A stretch of 64,000 bases of DNA. It comes from Bacteroidia bacterium (GTDB lineage: Bacteria; Bacteroidota; Bacteroidia; J057; RFSG01). The position numbers were made by a program, and so were the translations under genes. The notes below the pieces were generated by a model, which was not told where the DNA came from, did no database searches, and saw only the letters and a list, made by a program, of their open reading frames with translations. This document shows positions 38,506 through 46,614 of the stretch, one piece after another (within the stretch, counting starts at the first letter, position 1; each line of letters begins with the position of its first letter). The DNA lies in assembly GCA_040381555.1 (NCBI GenBank), contig JBEIHC010000001.1, forward strand, positions 3,091 to 67,090, written 5' to 3'.

Positions 38506-40508
38506 CGGTTGGAATTTAACCACTGTTGTGCCGCACCATGACCTAAGGAGGCTGCTTTTTCAAAATTCGCCCGGGATTTTTGCTGATCCTTTAAGTAATA
38601 CCAGGTAACTCCCATATTAAAATAGGCATCTCTGAAATTTGGGTCTACCTGTAACGCCTTTTCATACCAAGATAAGGCTGTCTGATATTCCTTGCGGGAA
38701 AAATAGATTACTCCCATGTTTCCCATTGCATCCGGATAGTCAGGCTTCATTTCCAATGCCTTCTGATAGCAATATATACTGGAATCTGTTTTCTGAATCT
38801 GATAGTACAAATTCCCTAAATTATACCATACCCTTGGCTCATTTTCCTTAAGCCTTAAAGCCTCATTGTAGTGATAGGCTGCCTCGTTATATCTTCCTAA
38901 TTCATTTAATAGGGTCCCTAAATTATTATGGGGAGAGGGGTTATTGGGGTCAACTGACAATGATTTGTTGAATATACTTAACGCCTCTTCATATTTTCCT
39001 AAAGCCTGTAATGCAGTAGCCAGATTGTTATAAGTATCCGAATTGTTGGGATTCAATGTAATTGCCTTATAATACAGGGGAATTGCAGTTCCAGGTTGTC
39101 CATATTGATTTAGTAAAATCCCATAATTATTATAAGGTTCAAAATAGGATGAATCTATCGCCAAGGCTTTTTGATATAATTCCATTGCGCGCAGGTCACT
39201 TTCTTTTCCTGACTTTTCCAGTGAAACGCCTAAGTTAAATAATACAAAAGGTACATTCTGATTTTCTTTATAAGTATCTTCCCAAAGACTTTTGGAATCT
39301 TTCCATATACTTATTCGTGGAATTGTTAGGGTATATCCAATAACGATAAAGATTACCGATACTATCATGGAATATAGTTTGCCTGAAAATTTACTGAGTC
39401 TCCAGGCCAGCGCAATTGAAAATCCAATGGAGGCAAAATAAAAGTACCTATCGGCTGCAATTGCTTTCCCAACCGGAAGGATTTGTAGTACGATACTAAT
39501 TCCTATAAAGTAAAATAAGAAAGCGAGAATCCATTCAGGAAATTTCTTTCTAATCATCCATAATCCAACTACCAATCCGATGCTTAAAACAGGAGATAGA
39601 AGTAGTAGTATATTTTTTAAGGAGGGATACTCATAATGCGCGGATAAAGGGATAGGAAAAATAAACTTTTGAAGATAAAACCACACTCCATAGGATGGAT
39701 AGAGTATTTTGGCATAAAAGGGCAAGTTTCCTGTGTCTGTTCGAATAGCAGCTGCCTCGGCTTGAGCTAAAATAGCGACATAACCAAAAATTAAGCTTAC
39801 AATCAAGAACGGAAGAAATTTGGGATTTAAAATGTATTTGGGAATTTCTCTCCATTCTAATTTTCCTTCCTTTTCAATTTTTAAGGTGATACCAATCAAA
39901 ATAATAATTGGAGTTACCACCACGGCCATTCCTTTAGATAAACAGGCAAGGACTAAACAGAATATACTTAAACCCCAAAATATATTGGATTGACGCGTAT
40001 GCCAAAGATAGGCCATTAAAATGGATAAACTAGCAAACATAGTATATAAGACATCCTTTCTTTCTGCTATCCAGGCAACTGATTCCACATGTAATGGATG
40101 CAAGGAAAATAATAATCCTCCAGCCAATGATGCCCAAGGATTTTTAGTCCACATAACTAAAAGAATATATAGGATGAGGGAGGTCAGGCAATGGAGTAAA
40201 ATATTGGTCAAAATATATCCAGCGGGATCCTTACCCTGAAAGGAATAATCAATGGCGTAACTAATCATCGTTAAAGGATGATAATTTCCCATAAAGAACG
40301 ACTTGAATTCGTGGGAAATCATTTCCGTATTTAATTGTTGAATGCCTCTATTTTCACTTACATACGCTCTTTCATCATAATTGGTAAATTTATTATCTAA
40401 AGCGGGTTGATAGATGAAACCAGTTATTAAGATTAAAATCAATCCTCCTAACCAGGATAAATAAGGCGACTCGACAGTATCTTTTACCTGTATGTTTTTC
40501 TTTTTCAT
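38502..40508 (-). CDS. TMTC/DUF1736-like GT-C membrane glycosyltransferase fused to C-terminal TPR repeats (paralog 3)
   Basis: Contains YDERAYVSEN, GNYHPLTMISYAIDY and HPLHVESVAWIAERKDVLY, about 7 TPRs, and the terminal motif KAASLGHGAAQQWL. Confidence 0.8.
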   Translation of the reverse strand: MKKKNIQVKDTVESPYLSWLGGLILILITGFIYQPALDNKFTNYDERAYVSENRGIQQLNTEMISHEFKSFFMGNYHPLTMISYAIDYSFQGKDPAGYILTNILLHCLTSLILYILLVMWTKNPWASLAGGLLFSLHPLHVESVAWIAERKDVLYTMFASLSILMAYLWHTRQSNIFWGLSIFCLVLACLSKGMAVVVTPIIILIGITLKIEKEGKLEWREIPKYILNPKFLPFLIVSLIFGYVAILAQAEAAAIRTDTGNLPFYAKILYPSYGVWFYLQKFIFPIPLSAHYEYPSLKNILLLLSPVLSIGLVVGLWMIRKKFPEWILAFLFYFIGISIVLQILPVGKAIAADRYFYFASIGFSIALAWRLSKFSGKLYSMIVSVIFIVIGYTLTIPRISIWKDSKSLWEDTYKENQNVPFVLFNLGVSLEKSGKESDLRAMELYQKALAIDSSYFEPYNNYGILLNQYGQPGTAIPLYYKAITLNPNNSDTYNNLATALQALGKYEEALSIFNKSLSVDPNNPSPHNNLGTLLNELGRYNEAAYHYNEALRLKENEPRVWYNLGNLYYQIQKTDSSIYCYQKALEMKPDYPDAMGNMGVIYFSRKEYQTALSWYEKALQVDPNFRDAYFNMGVTWYYLKDQQKSRANFEKAASLGHGAAQQWLNSNR

Positions 40509-40514
40509 GTTGAA

Positions 40515-42353
40515 TTATGAATTTCCTCTTTGAGAAAGCCATTGTGATGCTTGCGTGTGGCCTAAGCCTGCCGCTTTTTGAATTGCCTCTACTCCTTCCT
40601 GATTTTTTCCGGATTGTAATCGCATCAATCCCAAGTTAAACCATGTACCTGAGTTTTCTGGATTGAGCAGAAGTGCACTATTGTATCTATTCTCAGCAGT
40701 GACAAAGTCCTGTTTCATGGCGGCAATATTTCCTAGATTTACATAGCATTCTGTTAAATCTGGATCATGTTCTATTGCTAGAATGAGATATTTTTCCGCG
40801 TCTGCTAAATTATTGGCTTCAGCTGACGCACTGCCCATTTTACTATATACAGTACCTATTTTTTTATAAACTACCTCATCGTCTGGACGAATAGTTAGGT
40901 ATTGTTTAAATGATTTTAGTGCTTGAGGATATTTTCCCAAATGGGTGTAATTATTCCCTAAGTTATGCCAGCCAATAGCATATTTAGGTCTAATACTCAA
41001 TGCTTTTTTATAAAGTGGTATGGCGAGCTCATATTTCTTGTCTTTTGTAAATTGGTTGGCTATATTATTGTATGCTACCGGAACATTCTCATGCTGGTGC
41101 ATGACATCCAGAAATAACGAATAGGTATTGTTCCAGATTTTTACTCTTTGATGACATAAATATCCTGAGGCAACTACTAATGTTGAGGCAAGCAGAATGG
41201 GAATTTTACTTGGTAAAGGCACTTGGGCAATTAACCAAGCCAATACCAAAAATAAACCGGCGGAGGGTAGGTAATAGTATCGTTCTGAAATCATGGTTTC
41301 TCCAACGGGCATAATTTGAAGTACGGGTAATATTGCAATAAAGAAGAATCCCATACCAAACCAAATGATTTTATGTTTTCTGGAAAAGTAAAGTATGAGC
41401 CCACTTAAAGCCAGCAATGCAAATGGTACTGCATAATATAAGTTAGGTAGGTTTCCACTTTCTTTGAGTGGGTAAGGATAATAAGCTGATTGAGCAATAG
41501 GAGCTATCGTTTTAGCTAAATACAGAAACAAGCCATATAGGGCTATTAAAAGTTGATCTAACCAAGTGTACTCTCGAAAAATTCTTACATTCCCTCCTTC
41601 TGTTTGGGCATCTATGGCAACCATGCCAATTATTAAGGACAGGACAAAATAGGGGGCAATAGATAGAAGCGATTTTATTTCTTTTAAGGTTTCCGGTTTT
41701 TCCCAAGCCGTAATTAATAGTGCTATTACAGGCATAATGACAGCCTGTGCTTTTGCCGTACAGGCTAGAAAAAATAGCACAAGGGATAGTATCCAATATT
41801 TTTGTCTTTCAGTTTTTATCCACTGATGCCAATATATTAATGATCCTAAAGTTCCACAAGTATAGAGCACATCTTTTCTTTCGGAAATCCAAGCAACAGA
41901 TTCTACATGCAAGGGATGAACAGCAAATAGGGCAGAGGCCACTACTGCAACGAAGGCGTTTTTTGTGAGTCGAATGCAGAGTATATAGAGTAGGGCGCTA
42001 TTTATTGCATGAAGGAGTATGTTGGTTGCATGAAATCCAGCAGGATTTAAATCAAATAATACTTTGTCAATGCTTAGACTAATCATGGTTAAGGGATGCC
42101 AATTCCCCATTACATATTTTCCCAATAAATATTTCCATCCTTCCCAGTTCCATTTGCCTAAATCCGGATTGTCATATACATAGCGATTGTCATCCCATTC
42201 GACAAAGTCATTACTCAGAGCTGCGAGATAGACCAAGATGGACAATGCAAATGGCACAAGCATCCATTTTCTTTCTTCTGTCCAAAAAGATGCTGTACTT
42301 GCTTCTGCTTTTTTACCAGTCTTATTTTCTGTTTTAAATTTTTGCTTTGCCAA
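40515..42353 (-). CDS. TMTC/DUF1736-like GT-C membrane glycosyltransferase fused to C-terminal TPR repeats (paralog 2)
   Basis: Contains WDDNRYVYDNP, GNWHPLTMISLSID and HPLHVESVAWISERKDVLY, TPRs, and the terminal motif KAAGLGHTQASQWL. Confidence 0.8.
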   Translation of the reverse strand: MAKQKFKTENKTGKKAEASTASFWTEERKWMLVPFALSILVYLAALSNDFVEWDDNRYVYDNPDLGKWNWEGWKYLLGKYVMGNWHPLTMISLSIDKVLFDLNPAGFHATNILLHAINSALLYILCIRLTKNAFVAVVASALFAVHPLHVESVAWISERKDVLYTCGTLGSLIYWHQWIKTERQKYWILSLVLFFLACTAKAQAVIMPVIALLITAWEKPETLKEIKSLLSIAPYFVLSLIIGMVAIDAQTEGGNVRIFREYTWLDQLLIALYGLFLYLAKTIAPIAQSAYYPYPLKESGNLPNLYYAVPFALLALSGLILYFSRKHKIIWFGMGFFFIAILPVLQIMPVGETMISERYYYLPSAGLFLVLAWLIAQVPLPSKIPILLASTLVVASGYLCHQRVKIWNNTYSLFLDVMHQHENVPVAYNNIANQFTKDKKYELAIPLYKKALSIRPKYAIGWHNLGNNYTHLGKYPQALKSFKQYLTIRPDDEVVYKKIGTVYSKMGSASAEANNLADAEKYLILAIEHDPDLTECYVNLGNIAAMKQDFVTAENRYNSALLLNPENSGTWFNLGLMRLQSGKNQEGVEAIQKAAGLGHTQASQWLSQRGNS

Positions 42354-42416
42354 TTTATCCTTGTTATTGCTGATACTTTATTTTCTAGTGGAATATTTCG
42401 AAAGTAATTAAATGTA

Positions 42417-44294
42417 TTACCAACCTATTCCTTGACTTTTTAGGAAATCTATCGCAGGGGCATGTCCTAGTCTTGCTGCCTTTTTATACGATTCAACTGC
42501 CTGGTCTTTGTTTCCCATACTTTGTAAGGCAATGCCTGCATTAAACCAAGCTCCTCCGAAATTTGGATTAAGTGCAATAGCTTTCTGAAATAGTTCTAAT
42601 GCTTTCGTGTTATTCCCCATCATTCCATAACTGGATCCTTCATTATTATAGGCATCGGCATACTCGGGTTTTAATCGTATGGCTTCCTCAAAGGATTGAA
42701 TGGCTTCTGTGTATTTTCCCATCATGCTGTAAGTACTCCCCAGATTATTAAAGGCCGTCTCATTTTTGGGATTGAGTTTTATGGATTTGGTTAAATATAG
42801 TTCCGATGAATCAAATTGCTGCATCATACTAAAATTATATCCCATATTGTTATACGCTTCTGCCATTTCGGGTGCTAGTTGAATGGCTTGGGTTAATAAA
42901 ATTTTGGCACTGTCATATTTTCCTAAATGGCTGAGTGTGTAACCTCCATCATTGTATTGGTCTGGATAATCAGGATTTTCTTGTATACCTTTTATATACA
43001 CATCTGCAGCTTCTCTTTTCCGATTCTGTTTTTCCAAATATCTTCCTAGGTTGACAAATGCAAAATCAACAGAAGGATCTTTTTTGATGATATGGGTAAA
43101 AAATGTTTCTGTGTTTTTCCATATCCCAATTTGCTGGTAACTTAAAATTCCCCAGAATATGGCAATTCCTACTCCAGTTAATAAGGCAATTCTCTCTTTC
43201 AATTTCGTGGCAATCACCCAGGCTACTAGAAGGCCTAATCCCAAGCCCGGAAGGTAAAAGTATCTGTCTGCTGCAATGGCATTACCAACGGGTAAAAATT
43301 GCGCAACCGGAAGTAGATGGATTAAATAAAAACTAAGACCAAAGAATATAATTTTTTCTTTTTTCCAACTTGCCAATAGAATATAAAGGAGTAAGGTAAT
43401 TCCAGCGAGGCTTAAATACCAGATACCCGATAAAGGAGCTTCGGGATAAGGATAAAATGGAACTAATGGATAAGGGAAAATAAATTTTGGCAAATAGAAG
43501 AGTAAACTCCCACAACCCAGTAGTAGTTGTTCCCCTATATTGAAGGCTTCGGAGCTGCGGATATTGCCCCCAGATTTTTGGGCATAGATGGCTATAATTC
43601 CAAAAACAAGAGATAAAAGAATGCTGAACAAAAGCGGTATGTTTTTAAATAATTCCTTCGGTTTACTTCCTAAGAATAGTTCAATAAGGATAATTGCCAA
43701 TGGAAGGGTTACGGCTTGTCCTTTGGAAAGACAAGATAAAATAAAGAGTGCCATCATAACGATAATGTCCTTCATTTTTCCTGATTCACGATACAATAGC
43801 CAAAAGGATAGGGAGGCGAGGTAGAAGAATCCGTACAATACATCTTTCCTTTCAGTGACCCAAGCTACGGACTCCACTTTCAGAGGATGTAACCCAAAAA
43901 ATAGGGCTGCCAGCAGCGCCATGGGTAGATTTTGGGTTAATTGATGTATTACTCTCAATGCCAGCAGGGTGGTTCCAATATGGAGAGCGAGATTGGTTAG
44001 GTGGTATAATTTGGGTTCTATTCCAGCTATAGAGAATTCAATTGCATAGGATAAAATCACTAAAGGGTGATAATTACCCATGACAAAATTTCTGAAAATA
44101 TCCTGTATGGCAGTCCAGGTAAGATTGCGTATCAGTGGATTTTCGTAGACATACACATTGTCATCCCAGGAAAGAAAGTTTAAGTTTTGAACAGACCAGA
44201 ATGCCAATAGTATCCCCAAAAAAGTACCTGAGTAGGCGATTAAAGGTGTTAACTGGCTCTTTGTCGATTTCTTTTTCATTGGTATGTTTTTCAT
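42417..44294 (-). CDS. TMTC/DUF1736-like GT-C membrane glycosyltransferase fused to C-terminal TPR repeats (paralog 1)
   Basis: Contains WDDNVYVYENP, GNYHPLVILSYAIEF and HPLKVESVAWVTERKDVLY, TPRs, and the terminal motif KAARLGHAPAIDFL. Confidence 0.8.
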   Translation of the reverse strand: MKNIPMKKKSTKSQLTPLIAYSGTFLGILLAFWSVQNLNFLSWDDNVYVYENPLIRNLTWTAIQDIFRNFVMGNYHPLVILSYAIEFSIAGIEPKLYHLTNLALHIGTTLLALRVIHQLTQNLPMALLAALFFGLHPLKVESVAWVTERKDVLYGFFYLASLSFWLLYRESGKMKDIIVMMALFILSCLSKGQAVTLPLAIILIELFLGSKPKELFKNIPLLFSILLSLVFGIIAIYAQKSGGNIRSSEAFNIGEQLLLGCGSLLFYLPKFIFPYPLVPFYPYPEAPLSGIWYLSLAGITLLLYILLASWKKEKIIFFGLSFYLIHLLPVAQFLPVGNAIAADRYFYLPGLGLGLLVAWVIATKLKERIALLTGVGIAIFWGILSYQQIGIWKNTETFFTHIIKKDPSVDFAFVNLGRYLEKQNRKREAADVYIKGIQENPDYPDQYNDGGYTLSHLGKYDSAKILLTQAIQLAPEMAEAYNNMGYNFSMMQQFDSSELYLTKSIKLNPKNETAFNNLGSTYSMMGKYTEAIQSFEEAIRLKPEYADAYNNEGSSYGMMGNNTKALELFQKAIALNPNFGGAWFNAGIALQSMGNKDQAVESYKKAARLGHAPAIDFLKSQGIGW

Positions 44295-44376
44295 TCTGCC
44301 TGGGATGGAAATTTAGACACCACTGAATTCATCCTGGTATGTAAAAGATTCTGCCTTAAAGTTAGGGTCTTCCCGA

Positions 44377-44384
44377 TACTTTTG
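44377..44384 (+). promoter_or_regulatory. Bacteroidota -7 box candidate (TACTTTTG)
   Basis: Matches TAnnTTTG in the divergent intergenic region, upstream of the gene starting at 44510/44561. Confidence 0.3.
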
Positions 44385-44416
44385 TGCAAGATTCTATGTG
44401 CAAAACTAAAATTTTA

Positions 44417-44445
44417 CTTAGGGTAAGCCTCAGCTTACGGTAAGC
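44417..44445. repeat. Two degenerate units of the 17-bp palindromic-core repeat family
   Basis: cttagggtaagc (44417..44428) and cttacggtaagc (44434..44445) lie exactly 17 bp apart with spacer cctca. The architecture matches GTTTAGGGTAAAC-NNNN: inverted arms around a G-rich centre. Confidence 0.5.
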
Positions 44446-44560
44446 AAAAGGGAATTCTCTCTATTCCTGTGGATATGGGAATAAACTTTCCTCTGAATTC
44501 GTTAATATTGTGCAAGTTGACAAGGCGTCCTTGGCAATTGCCTTGATTTCGATTTATTTT

Positions 44561-45838
44561 ATGCGTTCTGTGTTCACTCGTTTCCTATTAATTTCTTTAG
44601 CCTGCCTGATTTTTCTTCCCGGAAAAGTCTTAGCTGATTTTATTCTCATTCCAATGGATTCCCGCCAAACTGACCACCTAAAGGCTTATGGAATAGCTTT
44701 TTGGGTTATTAAGAACGGCGGTGAGGTAGATTGGCTCCTCAACTATCGAGGAGGGAGTTTTATGTTTAGTTACACCGGACCATATGAAAATGAACTTCGA
44801 ATCCGTGATGTCTCCTATGAACGCATTTCCGATGGGCAATCTTCCAAAATATTAATGGAGGTAACTTCTGAAAATGCCAATATGGATGCCATGAAACTAG
44901 AAAAGGCTCCTAAAGTGGCAGTCTATTCCCCAAAAAATAAGCAACCTTGGGATGATGCAGTGACTTTGGCCCTGACTTATGCCGAAATTCCCTATGATGT
45001 GGTCTATGACGAAGAAGTTTTAGATGGTAAACTCAAGGAGTACGATTGGTTGCACCTGCATCATGAGGATTTTACCGGGCAATATGGAAAATTCTATGCT
45101 GCCTTTCATACCCAGCAATGGTATAAAGATCAGGTCGCTGAAAATGAAGGAATTGCGGCCAAATATAAATTCTCAAAAGTTTCTCAACTGAAATTGGCCG
45201 TTAGTCTCATAATTAGAGAGTTCGTCAATAATGGGGGATTTTTATTTGCTATGTGCTCTGCAACAGATAGTTATGATATCGCTTTGGCCTCTCAGAGTAC
45301 CGATATTTGCGATGTGATGTTTGATGGAGACCCAGCAGATCCGGACGCTCAGTCAAAATTGGATTTTAATCAGACTTTTGCTTTTACGGATTTTAGCTTG
45401 ATTATGAATCCATTCTATTATGAGTTTTCTAATATTGATATGGATGGTCAGACGCGTCAGGTGCCAAAGGATTTAGATTATTTTTCTTTGTTTGAGTTTT
45501 CTGCAAAATGGGATCCTGTTCCAACGATGCTTTGTCAAAATCATACCCAGACAATTAAGGGGTTTATGGGTCAAACAACGGCATTTGACATGAGAGTGCT
45601 CAAACCAGAAGTTTTGGTGATGGGCATGCTGAAAGCGTATAACGAAGCCCGTTATCTTCATGGAAATTATGGTAAGGGAATGTGGACTTTTTATGGGGGG
45701 CATGACCCAGAGGATTATCAGCATCATGTGGGCGAGGAACCTACCATGTTGGAACTACACAAGAATTCTCCTGGGTATCGGTTGATTCTCAATAATATTT
45801 TATTTCCTGCCGCTAAAAAGAAAAAACAAAAGACCTGA
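44561..45838 (+). CDS. Conserved secreted protein of unknown function (possible class-I glutamine-amidotransferase-like fold)
   Basis: Signal peptide from MRSVFTRFLL. Contains DHLKAYGIAFWV and GGFLFAMCSATDSYD (nucleophile-elbow-like Cys). From memory, homologs are often labelled asparagine synthetase B, which I cannot verify. Confidence 0.5.
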   Translation: MRSVFTRFLLISLACLIFLPGKVLADFILIPMDSRQTDHLKAYGIAFWVIKNGGEVDWLLNYRGGSFMFSYTGPYENELRIRDVSYERISDGQSSKILMEVTSENANMDAMKLEKAPKVAVYSPKNKQPWDDAVTLALTYAEIPYDVVYDEEVLDGKLKEYDWLHLHHEDFTGQYGKFYAAFHTQQWYKDQVAENEGIAAKYKFSKVSQLKLAVSLIIREFVNNGGFLFAMCSATDSYDIALASQSTDICDVMFDGDPADPDAQSKLDFNQTFAFTDFSLIMNPFYYEFSNIDMDGQTRQVPKDLDYFSLFEFSAKWDPVPTMLCQNHTQTIKGFMGQTTAFDMRVLKPEVLVMGMLKAYNEARYLHGNYGKGMWTFYGGHDPEDYQHHVGEEPTMLELHKNSPGYRLILNNILFPAAKKKKQKT

Positions 45839-46137
45839 TGAAAACATCTTTTTATACTGAGGATGAGGTAATTCCTCGTTTGGTTTTCCTGCCCGGATGG
45901 AAATTTGAGGCCAATGCCTTACACCAGAACTTAGAGTTTCGGAATTTTCGGGAAGCTTTCCTTTTTATGACCTTCGTTGCTTTCCTAGCAGAGAAAATGG
46001 ATCACCATCCAGACTGGAGTAATTCCTATTCCAAGGTAAAAATTAGCCTGAGTACCCATACTGCCGGTGGGGTGACGGACAAGGATTTTGAATTGGCAGA
46101 ACAAATTAATCGATATGTCAGTGTTCCGAATACTTAA
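45838..46137 (+). CDS. Pterin-4-alpha-carbinolamine dehydratase
   Basis: About 99 aa with the MDHHPDW motif. TGATG overlap with the upstream gene. Confidence 0.85.
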   Translation: MKTSFYTEDEVIPRLVFLPGWKFEANALHQNLEFRNFREAFLFMTFVAFLAEKMDHHPDWSNSYSKVKISLSTHTAGGVTDKDFELAEQINRYVSVPNT

Positions 46138-46549
46138 TTCTTCTGGTTTTCCTAACCCGGAGTATGCCACTGCTTTTTCTGCGGGAATGGATATTCGAGC
46201 CAACCTTTCCGTTGAGCAAGTTCTTAATCCCGGCCAAAGAGTGTTGATCCCTACCGGATTACAACTTGAGCTACCAATTGGATATGAGGCTCAAATTCGT
46301 CCCAGAAGTGGGCTTGCCTTAAAACAAGGTCTTACTGTGTTAAATAGTCCTGGTACAATTGATGCAGATTATCGGGGCGAAGTGAAAATTCTGCTCATCA
46401 ACCTAGGGCAAGAAGCTGTAATTATTCATCCAGGGGACAAGATTGCCCAGATGGTCGTAAGTCGTCATGAACGCGTAATTTGGGAAGATGCAGATATGTT
46501 GGAGGAGAGTAAAAGAGGTGAAGGTGGGTTCGGGCATACCGGGATTTGA
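46115..46549 (+). CDS. dut: dUTP diphosphatase
   Basis: Contains [33 protein letters not shown] and C-terminal [10 protein letters not shown]. The ATG at 46115 is preferred. Confidence 0.93.
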   Translation: MSVFRILNSSGFPNPEYATAFSAGMDIRANLSVEQVLNPGQRVLIPTGLQLELPIGYEAQIRPRSGLALKQGLTVLNSPGTIDADYRGEVKILLINLGQEAVIIHPGDKIAQMVVSRHERVIWEDADMLEESKRGEGGFGHTGI

Positions 46550-46550
46550 A

Positions 46551-46558
46551 TAAATTTG
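46551..46558 (+). promoter_or_regulatory. Bacteroidota -7 box candidate (TAAATTTG)
   Basis: Matches TAnnTTTG just after the dut stop. It argues that the TPR gene starts at a downstream codon rather than the TTG at 46546. Confidence 0.35.
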
Positions 46559-46614
46559 CACAGATTTTGAAAAACACGAAACCTCATATTATTGTAATAG
46601 CTTCTTTCACCCAA

